Below are positions 18,635 through 28,355 of a DNA stretch of 64,000 bases, in pieces (positions within the stretch are counted from its first letter, which is position 1; every line of letters starts with the position of its first letter). The notes below the pieces were generated by a model. It saw only the letters and a list, made by a program, of their open reading frames with translations, was not told where the DNA came from and did no database searches. Source of the DNA: Polyangiaceae bacterium (GTDB lineage: Bacteria; Myxococcota_A; Polyangia; Polyangiales; Polyangiaceae). The stretch covers positions 64,419 to 128,418 of the forward strand of contig JBNKBE010000017.1 of assembly GCA_050287085.1 (NCBI GenBank). Direction: 5' to 3'. The translations under genes and the position numbers were made by a program.

Positions 18635-20197
18635 CTACTTGAATGGGCGGGATATGACGCAAGCATTGATGCCCCCAACGCCCATCGAAAGCTTGCCGAC
18701 CGGGCCCTCCTCAATCGGCATGGCCGTATCGAATACGAAACGCCCGCCGAGCTTCTGAATCATTGCGTTCAGCTCATGCTCCGGCAGTGGCGTGGGAAAC
18801 AGCGACCCGCCGCTGACCCCCAAGTATTGCGCCGTTAACTCCCAGCCGCCACCGACCCCCATTCCGTGCCCAAAAGTACCCTTTCGGGCGGTTATCAGCA
18901 CCCGATCCGGCAGAATGGCAGTGAGGTTTTCAACTTCCTGATAGTCGCCAGGAGTTGCCGTCGCGTGGAGGTCCCAAGAGCCAATCGCGCTGGCTTCGAC
19001 GCCCGCTGCGCCAAGCGCCGCGGCGATGGCCTGACTCGGTCCTTCTTTCGAAGGCGTGATGATATGATCCGCATCTGCTGAAAGACCCACGCTCAATGGC
19101 TCGAGTCCAAGCGGCTTGTAGCCTCGAGAAAGGCCATACTCCAGGTCCCCAAGCACCCATACGCATGCCCCTCCCGCCACATGGGTGCCCTTGAGCCCAC
19201 TCAGCGGCTTCGACACGGCGCCATCAGCGGCCAACACACGGGCACTGTAGAAAGCCCCCACCGTCAACGGATGCGGCGGTGGATCTGCAGCGCCAACGAC
19301 AACTAGCTTGGCGTCGCCACGGTGAATCGCATCCATGGCGAATTTCAGCGATACCCCAAAGGTGGAACAGGCCGCAACGGGGGCGATACACGGACCGGTG
19401 ATGCGTCCCAGCATCGAAACCTGAGACGCGGGCGTGTTGGCAATGTTCCACAGAAGGTTCGCCGAGATGGCATTCCAAGGCGGCTCGGGCGCCTCCCACC
19501 GCTCACGCAAGGCTGCCTGCCGCCGCCGCTTCTCGCGAATGACGTGGAGCTTTGCACTCTCCACTTCGCCCTCAACGCGCACGCTTTCTATTTCTCGCAG
19601 TTCCGCCAGGTACTCCTGAAGTGCGTCCGAGCGCTCCATCCAATAGGCAAACCACGCATCCTCCGCCAGCTCTCGGTCGTCGGGATCGACGACGTTGACC
19701 GGATCGATCAGACCGTCAGGCGTGGGAGCGTCCCCCGCCAACACCTCAGCCAACGCAACGTTCCGCTCCGGGCTCGACCAGAAGCGATTCCAACGTCGCT
19801 GGGCGCGATGATATGCGATCGAAGTATTGTGGATCGTGGGGATCGCACCCAACGCTGTTGAAAGGTAGATGTGAGCCTGGGACCCAAGAGCGGTCAGCTC
19901 TTCCTCGATACCCGGGTTTTGGCCCAACGCTTGGATGAAAGCTCCAATCGCGTAGAGCGTGGTGGAGTCCATCTTATCGCGGAGCTGTTTGAAGCGATTG
20001 GGCGGAAAGCGCGCATCGATCCACGACTGGTAGCGACCGAACTCAAAGTCCGGAATACCCACCATGAAGTTGTCCGGACCGAAGCCATTGAACGGCTGCA
20101 GCCAACTTGAAGCCTCGGCCAGTCGGGCGGCGAATGCGTCAATGTCCGGAGCCTGTGGAGCAACTAGTCCCCACCCGAAAACAGCGATGCGACTCAT
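18635..20197 (-). CDS. Atypical stand-alone beta-ketoacyl synthase (FabF/FabB-like) with a large insertion
   Basis: Catalytic Cys in VAACST, His in DLHATAT and His in KGTFGHGMG, with C-terminal SMGVGGINA. Start ATG 20197. Confidence 0.85.
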   Translation of the reverse strand: MSRIAVFGWGLVAPQAPDIDAFAARLAEASSWLQPFNGFGPDNFMVGIPDFEFGRYQSWIDARFPPNRFKQLRDKMDSTTLYAIGAFIQALGQNPGIEEELTALGSQAHIYLSTALGAIPTIHNTSIAYHRAQRRWNRFWSSPERNVALAEVLAGDAPTPDGLIDPVNVVDPDDRELAEDAWFAYWMERSDALQEYLAELREIESVRVEGEVESAKLHVIREKRRRQAALRERWEAPEPPWNAISANLLWNIANTPASQVSMLGRITGPCIAPVAACSTFGVSLKFAMDAIHRGDAKLVVVGAADPPPHPLTVGAFYSARVLAADGAVSKPLSGLKGTHVAGGACVWVLGDLEYGLSRGYKPLGLEPLSVGLSADADHIITPSKEGPSQAIAAALGAAGVEASAIGSWDLHATATPGDYQEVENLTAILPDRVLITARKGTFGHGMGVGGGWELTAQYLGVSGGSLFPTPLPEHELNAMIQKLGGRFVFDTAMPIEEGPVGKLSMGVGGINACVISRPFK

Positions 20198-20256
20198 TTG
20201 AAGCCCAGACCATCGTCCTCGACGCGGCAAGAGTCAAGCGCCACGCGGCAGCGCCA

Positions 20257-20360
20257 AGCTTTGAGCGGAGGTGCAGGGCGCGAGCGTGAGCGCTCCCCGC
20301 GCTTTGGGGTTCGGCCGGTGGGAGGGGGTTCGGTCTTGGGGAGCCGGTTGCAGCACCGCC
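20257..20360 (-). repeat. Dispersed intergenic repeat A, copy 2
   Basis: The reverse complement aligns to 4685-4787 (e.g. shared ccaccggccgaaccccaaa and cctccgctcaaagct). Confidence 0.85.
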
Positions 20361-20691
20361 TTGCTGATGATTGCGTGCGGGCCGCGAGGGCAACGGTTTC
20401 GTCAGAACCGGGATTGGGGACATGAGCACCGCACGCAGGCCGCACGGGTTGTCTCGAATCCACGGGCGAGCGTCTTCCTCGAAGGCTACGTCGAGGCTCT
20501 GAAGCACGGCCTGGCGGGAGTGCTTACAAAGGGGCGCCGCGACGCTCCGTGCTACGCACGAGTGAAGCGTGTGGACTGGCGCTGCGCGTACCCGTCGTCG
20601 CAACCGGGCAAGGCGATGCCCTCAAGAGATAGAACACCCAATGGGAGGCCTTTGGGGCGGCGGCCTGGAGCCGCGTCCGGGAGAGGGCCGC

Positions 20692-23600
20692 CTAGCCAAG
20701 CGCAATGCCAAGCCGGCGCCGAAGCGCAAAATACGGCTCGCTCATGGCGTAGCGACAAAGCTCTGCGAGTCGCTCGTCCGCGCTCGCTACGGCAAAGGGC
20801 TCGCGCGCCTCACGAATAGCACAGACCACGACGTCCAGATCGTCACAGACCAATAGGGCGAGTCGATCCGACGTATAGTCAACACCCTTGCCCCAGGCCT
20901 TGAGGTCGACCTGGGCGTGCTCTTTCGTGAGCTGCGCGGACAACCAAGAGAGGCGCTCTACCTGCTCAGCACTCAGCTGCTCTTCCAACCACTCAGCGGC
21001 GGTAAGGATGTCCTCCCTCAGCTCCGAGGGCACTTCGCAATGGGGATGCACCTGCAGCAGCCCAGCGAGGAACCACACCTTGAGTTCGCCCGTGCCCCCT
21101 AACAACCCGTGCAACAACACCCCCGGCAGAACCCTCATGAGGCCCCTTGCCGCCACCACGGCCGCCTCACGCAAGTCGCTCCGCGAATCCATCCCGGTAC
21201 GGCCGACGACAAGTACGTTTGGATTGTCCGGCAACAACGACAAGGGCTCGTCGTTCCAGGGCTCCGCCACGACCGAGGGTATGGGCTGAGCCAGGACATC
21301 CGCGATATAAGCCAGCGAGCTAAGAACCGGGCTCGCGTGACCAATGGGATTGATTGGCTCGAATTGTGGGTAGCGCTCGGGATAACCCAGTGCACTTGCC
21401 ATGGCAATTGACGGGGCGAGTATCGCGAGAAACGAGGTAAGCTGAGAATCTGCTGCGGGGTGCAAAATGACACTCACCCATTCCTCCGGCAGCAACCCCT
21501 CTGTAAAGACCGCACCCTGTCGACTCTTGAAGCGCTCAAAGAACGCAAGCTCCTCGCCCGAAGCCAGCTCCAGGGCACACAACACACGCACCACACACCA
21601 CGTCGCGTCGGAATTGCGTGCGTACGCGTAGAGCTGGCGCAAAGCCGCGATCGCCTCGGCGCGCAGGGGTTCCTTGTCGAGCGCGCGCTGATTGAGAGCA
21701 ATCGCCTTGTCGAGATATTGCTCCGGATGGGCGGTGTAAGCCCGCGTGAGGTAGTCGACAAGCGCCTCGTTGTCGGGCTCGAGTTCCAGAGCCCCCTCGT
21801 GCACGGCGATGGCCTGCCGAACGCTTCCCATCTTATTCAGATAGACATCCGCAAGCTCACCCAATGCGGCCATCATCCGCCCCTTGTCGTGGTGCTTGCT
21901 CGCAATTCGAATCTCGCGCTTCAGCAGCTCTGCCAGCCGACGGCCATCGCCACTAACGCGGCTGAGCTTGAGCGCCGACTGGACCAAATCCTCGGCGTCG
22001 GGATCCAGCGCCAGCGCTTCGTCGAGCAGACGAGTACCGCGCGCAACGTCTCCGAGCTTGCGTTCCGCCACCAGTGCGGCGGTGCGGTAGTAGCGAGCCT
22101 TTGCCACTGGGTCATCGAGCAGCTGGACCAGCTTGAGGATGACAGCCACAACCGACTTCCAACGTTCTAGATCACAATAGACGTGCAGCAATTTGAGCAA
22201 GACACGTCGATCTTGCGGCCAGCCGCGATGTGCCGTTAGGTAATTCTGAGCTGCGTACTCTGGCTCGTCCAATCGCTCCAGCGCCAGATCACCAAGTTCA
22301 ACTAGTAGCTCGTAGCGGCGTTCCCCTTCCGCAAACTCCAGCTCTGAATAGAGCGTCTCAGCCATATCCTTCCAGAGCCCCTGTTGCTCGAAACAGTGGC
22401 TGAGCACCTGCAAAGCGTTCGGCTGGGCCGCGTCCAGGGCCAAAGACTCCTGCAGCGCGGCTATTGCTTCTGCGAATGAACGCACTTGCGCAGCTGACGT
22501 GCCGAGCCTGAAAAGCGTCTCGGCCCGCTCGCTGACGGGCGCGTCGTCCCCTTGCAGTCGCAACAGTCTCCGCTGCAAGATGAGCGAACGCTCGGGTTCC
22601 GCGGCTTCGAATGCGATTTCCGCCGCACAAGCGAGCACGCTCAATTCGCCGGGTCGCTCCTGCTGCAGCTTAGAGATCGCCTCGAGTGCCAGCTCAGCCC
22701 GCCCACTCTGTTGCAGAGCGCGGGCGTACATCGTGCCAACTCGTGCACCGTCAGCACCCAGCCGATCAAGGCGAGGAGCCAAGTGCTGCAAATGCTGGGC
22801 GGCAGCGCCGTATCGCTCCGCCCTATAGGCGATCACGCCACGCACCAGGTTCGCATCCAGATTGCTCGCGTCCAGGCCTTGTGCGCGGATCGCCATTTGC
22901 TCCGCCTCCGCGTCGTCCCGCAAGCGCTCGTGGTAGAGGCGTGCCAACTCACCGTAGAGACGCGCCTGCGCTTGAGCGCCCCGCACGCGTCGCAAGTCGC
23001 TCTTCAGCAGCTCCGCAAGTGCTGCGTAGTCGCCCGCCTGCTCGTACGCTTCGCGCAACGTTTCGACGAATGCGCGGGCCGCCGGATTCTCTTCGACGGC
23101 CGCCTTGTACCTTTCGAGCGCCTCATCTGTATGCCCTGCGCGATCGAGCAAGCGCCCCACCGCGTAGTAATGCGCCCCCTTTTCGTCGTCATCCACGTGA
23201 TCGCCCACTTCGTCGATCAGCGCGAGTGCTCCCTCCAGGTCTCCCGCACCCATTCGCAGCTCAGCGAGGCGAAGCAATAGCTCCGGGTCGTCGGGATGGA
23301 CAGCGCATAGTCCCTCCAGCACAAGAACGGCCGCGTTCCAGTCTCCCAATCGTTCGACCAACAGCTCGGCCAAGGCAAGCCCCGTAGCGCGATGGGCCTC
23401 TCCGTCACGAAGCGCGAGCAGACCGCGACAAGCACTGACTACGTTCGTCCAGTCTTCGTCGGCCGCATACAGCCGAACCAACGCCTCCAGCGCTTCGCCG
23501 GCGGACGGTGCCAGGGTCAAAGCTTTCTCGTACGCGTTGATGGCAGCGTGTCGATCGAGATATTCCCCCTCGTAGAGACATGCGATCCGTACCCACAACG

Positions 23601-26600
23601 CCGCCTTTTGCCGTGGCGTTGCCACCAGGTCCAGTTGATGAATGAGTACGTCGAGCAGCTCCTGAAAGCGGCCGCCGCCCGCCAGTAGCTGAGCCAGAGC
23701 ATCGAGTGGCTCCCGATGCCCTGGGCTAGCCTCGAGCGCCCGGCGATACAACGCCGCGGCCGTACTCACCTCACCTACGCGCTCAGTCCAGATTCGAGCC
23801 GCCGCACACAATAGCTGGCAGCGACTCTCTCCCCGTTTGACCTCGGCTCGCGCAACTTGCAAGGCAGCCGCTTCACTCCAATCTTGGCGTTCCAACAGGT
23901 ACCCAAGAAGGCCCTCGGCTGCTGCGTTGTGCCCCGGATCGATATCAAAAACCCGTCGATACAGGGACACAGCGGTGTCCCACGCGCCAAGTCGCTCGCC
24001 GTAGACAGTGGCTGCCTCTGCCAGCATATCACGTGCCTCAACTGGGGGCGTATAGGGCCGCGATGCGAGTTCAACCAGCAACGCCCCCAGTTCGTCAAAG
24101 CGCTGTTGCCTTCTGAGAAGAGCCGACAGCGACTCGAACGCGCGGGAAAACGCAACGGAGGCGCGGAGTACGAGTTGTCCCGCCGTGCTCGTATTATCAC
24201 CGGCGGCATCAGCGGTGAGGCGATCGCCCTCCGCCAGCGGGTCCATCGACGCCGGTGCTTTGCCTTTGACGTCTACGGCCTCGAGCACCATCCGCCAGCT
24301 CTGTTCCGCAGCCGCGAGATCTCCGCTCAGGTCGTACCAACGGGCGAGCGCGTTGAGCACCGTGAGTCGTCCCGCCGTCATCGGCGTGCCGGGCGTGGGC
24401 GCCACGTAGGCCAAGCAAGCTTCAATCACACGCGCCCAGCCCCCCGAATGGGCCCCCGCAAGCCGTTCGATCGCGACTGCCAGAGAACGCTCCTCCGGGT
24501 CGAGACAAAAAGCCTCCACGTACATATCGAGAGCGGCAAGAAAATCGCCCAATCCAGATTCCAACGCTACCGCGGTGCGCGTGAGCAGACGCGCGCGCTC
24601 CCCCGGCTTGACGATCTTGGAGGCGTGAGCGCGCGTCAGCTCCACCAGCGACTCAAACTCCTTGAGCTCTTCATAGAGCGCGGCCAAGGGAGATAGAATT
24701 GCCAAGTCGCCGGGGTGAATCTCCAGAGCGGCCAGATACGCCGACTTCGCCCCGCCTGGATGGGCGCCAGGGCTGAGATAGACATGGGCCGCCTCTTCCA
24801 GTAGGCGAACCCTGACGTCCGGCTCGGAGGTGTCGCCTAAGTCATGAGCCAGCCGCCACAAAGCGTCCCCGACACCACGCGCCTCCGCACCGCTGCGAAC
24901 ACACTGCAACACCTCGAGCAAACGACGACGGTCAGCGGGGATCTCCCGAAGTGATGCCAGGCGCTCGTCCAACAGGGCTGCAGCGGCCCGCGGCGGCGGC
25001 GGAAGCGAAACGCCACCGCTGCTCTGCAGCTCGGCCAAGAACTCGCCCGCGCTACCAGGCCTGCGGTGGGGGTCTTTGTCGAGCGCACGCAGAACCAAGC
25101 GCTCGACGTTCGACGGAAGTGCTCGTGCTCCATCCAGTGCGTCAAGCCCTGGCGGCGTCTCGGACAGATGAGCCATGAGCAGTTCCTGGGGACTGCCCGC
25201 CGAGAAGAGGGGTTGTCCCGTCAGAAGCTCGTAGATTAGTGCGGCCAGAGCGTAGACGTCACTGGCCGGAGTAGGTTCCGCCCCTTTGATCAGTTCTGGC
25301 GCCAGCGCCAGCGTGGGTGCATGGGCCAGGGTGCCGTCCCAAAGCCAATTGCGCCCGAGCCCGAGCAATTGCACATCGTGCTCGCCCTTTGAGTCGAGAA
25401 CGAGAATATTCCTGGCGGCAAGTTGGCCATGAATCACACCCGCTTCGTGCAATTTCACGACCGGTTCGAGCACCTTTCGGAGCAGCTTGCGCGCCGCGCC
25501 AAAAGCCATGCCGCCGCTCACGCTCAGGCGTTCGCTAAGCAACTGGCCCGACTTGTAGTCGGCTACGACGGCATAGAGCCCGTCCAACGACTCCAACCTG
25601 ACGTTGGACTCCAGCGCCGGATGAGACACCCCCGCCGCTCTGCGCAACGCGTGGCGTAAGCGCTGAAGTCGAGCGCTGTCCACACTCGCGTAATAACCGA
25701 GAACCTGGAGGCGATAGTCTGCTCCATCGCGCCGCGCCCAGAAGTTGGCGCTCGAGACGTCGCGGTCGAGCTCCCTGAGCAACAGATACCCCCCCAGTTC
25801 ATCCCCCCGCTCGAGGGCGGGAGCACCCGCGACACCGGCGCTTACGTGCAGCTGCAATAGGGGATGTAGGTCGGCGTGGTGACAGCGAACAGCATCCAGC
25901 AGAGCCAACACCGAGTCCTCCTCGATAGCCGTCTCCACCAGACGCCGCGCCAACGCCGGCCGCGCTTGCGGAAAGCCAGGTTCCAAGACAATCTGCCCTG
26001 TTCCCCCTCCGCCCTGCTGCGCAACGAGCTCCAGCAGCTCCTCCACCGCGAAGCGGCGCTCAAGCTCATTGGTCAGCTGCCGTAGCAACCCTGGATCGTA
26101 ATAGCGACGACGTATGGGGAAGCCGGCGCTGCCCGCCTGCTCCCCCGGCGGCACTGACGCTGGCCCCCGCTGAGCGCGATGTCGCGGCTGCGGCGCATCC
26201 TGCGCGACCGTTGAGGCCGCCGCGGATACGGAAACCCGACGCAACAACAACTCCGTCGGCGGCGGCAATGGCGCCGGCGGCAAAACGGGATGTGGACTCC
26301 GTGGGGGCTCGCCCCCGGGCAAGCGCGAAGACCGCGCGCTCCCACCGCTCGATCGCACCGGAGGCGGAGGACTCAAACGCGGCAGCTCGAGTGACGAACG
26401 CGGGACCCCGATCTTGAGGTCTGGAGGGGGCCTGGACACGACGGCCGCGTACGGCGAGTCCGGCGGCAGAGCCAGAGGCGGGGGCGGCCGGACGTGGCTG
26501 CGCACGGGGACCGACGATGCTTGGCCGCTGGACGGCACCCACGGCTCCGACGCAGACGCCTCGCGCTCACCTCCGGCACCACGGGCCGAGGACGGAACGA

Positions 26601-26634
26601 AGAGTGGGGCTTCGGGCAGGGGGGGCGGCTTCAT
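20692..26634 (-). CDS. Giant Pro-rich / Ser-Thr pseudokinase / TPR-repeat protein
   Basis: Kinase-fold remnants (HGQLAARNILV, LAPE, SDVYALA, RALDKDPHRRP), more than 20 TPR-like helical repeats (e.g. LYRRALEASPGHREPLDALAQL) and a conserved C-terminal domain. Start placed at ATG 26634. Confidence 0.85.
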   Translation of the reverse strand: MKPPPLPEAPLFVPSSARGAGGEREASASEPWVPSSGQASSVPVRSHVRPPPPLALPPDSPYAAVVSRPPPDLKIGVPRSSLELPRLSPPPPVRSSGGSARSSRLPGGEPPRSPHPVLPPAPLPPPTELLLRRVSVSAAASTVAQDAPQPRHRAQRGPASVPPGEQAGSAGFPIRRRYYDPGLLRQLTNELERRFAVEELLELVAQQGGGGTGQIVLEPGFPQARPALARRLVETAIEEDSVLALLDAVRCHHADLHPLLQLHVSAGVAGAPALERGDELGGYLLLRELDRDVSSANFWARRDGADYRLQVLGYYASVDSARLQRLRHALRRAAGVSHPALESNVRLESLDGLYAVVADYKSGQLLSERLSVSGGMAFGAARKLLRKVLEPVVKLHEAGVIHGQLAARNILVLDSKGEHDVQLLGLGRNWLWDGTLAHAPTLALAPELIKGAEPTPASDVYALAALIYELLTGQPLFSAGSPQELLMAHLSETPPGLDALDGARALPSNVERLVLRALDKDPHRRPGSAGEFLAELQSSGGVSLPPPPRAAAALLDERLASLREIPADRRRLLEVLQCVRSGAEARGVGDALWRLAHDLGDTSEPDVRVRLLEEAAHVYLSPGAHPGGAKSAYLAALEIHPGDLAILSPLAALYEELKEFESLVELTRAHASKIVKPGERARLLTRTAVALESGLGDFLAALDMYVEAFCLDPEERSLAVAIERLAGAHSGGWARVIEACLAYVAPTPGTPMTAGRLTVLNALARWYDLSGDLAAAEQSWRMVLEAVDVKGKAPASMDPLAEGDRLTADAAGDNTSTAGQLVLRASVAFSRAFESLSALLRRQQRFDELGALLVELASRPYTPPVEARDMLAEAATVYGERLGAWDTAVSLYRRVFDIDPGHNAAAEGLLGYLLERQDWSEAAALQVARAEVKRGESRCQLLCAAARIWTERVGEVSTAAALYRRALEASPGHREPLDALAQLLAGGGRFQELLDVLIHQLDLVATPRQKAALWVRIACLYEGEYLDRHAAINAYEKALTLAPSAGEALEALVRLYAADEDWTNVVSACRGLLALRDGEAHRATGLALAELLVERLGDWNAAVLVLEGLCAVHPDDPELLLRLAELRMGAGDLEGALALIDEVGDHVDDDEKGAHYYAVGRLLDRAGHTDEALERYKAAVEENPAARAFVETLREAYEQAGDYAALAELLKSDLRRVRGAQAQARLYGELARLYHERLRDDAEAEQMAIRAQGLDASNLDANLVRGVIAYRAERYGAAAQHLQHLAPRLDRLGADGARVGTMYARALQQSGRAELALEAISKLQQERPGELSVLACAAEIAFEAAEPERSLILQRRLLRLQGDDAPVSERAETLFRLGTSAAQVRSFAEAIAALQESLALDAAQPNALQVLSHCFEQQGLWKDMAETLYSELEFAEGERRYELLVELGDLALERLDEPEYAAQNYLTAHRGWPQDRRVLLKLLHVYCDLERWKSVVAVILKLVQLLDDPVAKARYYRTAALVAERKLGDVARGTRLLDEALALDPDAEDLVQSALKLSRVSGDGRRLAELLKREIRIASKHHDKGRMMAALGELADVYLNKMGSVRQAIAVHEGALELEPDNEALVDYLTRAYTAHPEQYLDKAIALNQRALDKEPLRAEAIAALRQLYAYARNSDATWCVVRVLCALELASGEELAFFERFKSRQGAVFTEGLLPEEWVSVILHPAADSQLTSFLAILAPSIAMASALGYPERYPQFEPINPIGHASPVLSSLAYIADVLAQPIPSVVAEPWNDEPLSLLPDNPNVLVVGRTGMDSRSDLREAAVVAARGLMRVLPGVLLHGLLGGTGELKVWFLAGLLQVHPHCEVPSELREDILTAAEWLEEQLSAEQVERLSWLSAQLTKEHAQVDLKAWGKGVDYTSDRLALLVCDDLDVVVCAIREAREPFAVASADERLAELCRYAMSEPYFALRRRLGIALG

Positions 26635-27028
26635 GATCGGGTGCCGGAAACGACTGAAGGGGCCGGCAACGATCAACGCTGCACCCCCATGCACCGACAG
26701 GGTTACAGATGCACCCACACAAGGGCAAGCCCAAAGCAGCGCGCGCCGGCCTCTCGAGCGCGGCTAGCCTCTCCAGCACCCCGTGCTTGGCCGCCACAGT
26801 CGAAAAACAACGTCAAGACGCCCGAGTTGCAGCACGACCGGAAACATGGCCCAACCACAGTTCCCAATTGCACCAGCCGCAGGCGAAGCGCACTTTGCAG
26901 CCGCCAGTACCGGCAGAACGGGGCCTCTCAGCGAGGCCTCGCGTCCCTGCCAACACCCAAGTCGTCTGCGAGGTCACATCTGCTGGCCGCGGCGTCACCC
27001 GCTCCTGGGAGAACCCAGGTGCCCGCAG

Positions 27029-27541
27029 CTAGCTCAACTTGACGTCAAAACCCGGACCACATTTGCGCTGAACAGCGTCCTGCAGTGCGGTTCGCACCCA
27101 GGGCTTGTGATCTTGCCCCAGTGCGTCTGCGTAATACCAGGCGGTCAGGGGCGTGATCAGCTTGCGCCCTCTCTCCAGCTCAACGACACGCGGAGCCGAT
27201 ACCTCCAGGGAACGAGCCATCGCGCGCAGCGACACCCCGGACTTGAGTCTAAGATTCTTCAACGCCTCACCGGTGTTGGGAGCAGCGACCTTCTTCGACC
27301 GAACTTTGACCGTGTATTCGATCTCCGCCTCGTTCAGCCACCCCTGCAGGACGAGCTCGACAAGCACTCTTTGCTGCACCCCCAATGCCTCGGCGAGGCC
27401 AAGGGTTCGCTCCAGACCCAGCAGGCCCTTGCCACGCTCCAGATCACCGATGCGGGCTCGGCTAATGCCGCTTCGTCGAGCAAGCTCGGGTTGACTTAGA
27501 TTAAGCCGTTGACGGCGCTCTATGATGAGTTCAGCTAGCAT
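27029..27541 (-). CDS. XRE-family regulator with two tandem HTH domains
   Basis: RRQRLNLSQPELARRSGISRARIGDLERG and LRLKSGVSLRAMARSLEVSAPRVVELERG; each half ends in a similar 'LQ....YTVKV / LQ....FDVKL' segment. Confidence 0.85.
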   Translation of the reverse strand: MLAELIIERRQRLNLSQPELARRSGISRARIGDLERGKGLLGLERTLGLAEALGVQQRVLVELVLQGWLNEAEIEYTVKVRSKKVAAPNTGEALKNLRLKSGVSLRAMARSLEVSAPRVVELERGRKLITPLTAWYYADALGQDHKPWVRTALQDAVQRKCGPGFDVKLS

Positions 27542-28355
27542 CGGTGATTGTCTCTACAACGGAGAGCATTGGGAGTCCAGATCGGTTTGCATCAAAAAAT
27601 TACGGACCCGGCCGGCAATCTCGGCGACATGTTGACAGTACGTTCTCGAAGTTCACCACAAAGCGGCGCCCCACGGACGACTGCCCGCAAACACACCTGG
27701 CCTAACAGCTGTGGCAGCGGCGGATTGACGCGGTAGACTCGCTGCAAACGCGCGACGCAATTCCGAAACATGGCGTTAACGAGACGGTCACTGAACGCTG
27801 CAGAAGATGCGAAGAGGCAACATTTGTCAACGTGAGCGCACCAGTCGCTCCGGGGTTGCGATCACAGACGGCAACCGTCCAGCCGTACCTATCCAAGCCT
27901 GCGTGGCCGGAGCGACCGCGCCGCCCCGCGGCTGCACATCCGTCGAGGCCGTCCTCGCGCGCACTTCCGCGCGTGAGCCGTCCGCGGGCCGCAGGCGGAA
28001 GACGCCGCACGCCGGCGGGCGTCCCAAATTGCGACCCCCGGTATGGGCAATTCCGATGACCGTCGAGAGGCCGTCGACGGGGGGGGGTAGACGTGGGGGC
28101 GCCGTCGCCATGGGACCCGCCACCCCTCTAGCGCCGCAATTCTGCGTCTGCGGCGAATGCCCGGGCCACTAGCGCGGAAATCCAGACCCGTCAAGACCTG
28201 GCGCGCCCCGCCTCGTACAAGCCAGTGAGAGCCGGGAGCACACCGTTTCACCTAAGTCAATGGGGCGAACAATTTTGGACCGCGAGCCCCGGGTTCGCGG
28301 CTCATAACAACCGAGCGCCAAATCTCTGGCGCAGACGGGAAGCGGTCCCGAACAA

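Noticed and set aside
20361..20691. Possible small gene or remnant (VFLEGYVEALKHGLAGVL on the + strand)
   Set aside because: No convincing start or recognisable motif, and the ORF runs through the repeat and the neighbouring gene.
27632..27830. TTGACA hexamers on both strands in the XRE intergenic region
   Set aside because: No acceptable -10 element at 16-18 bp on either strand.
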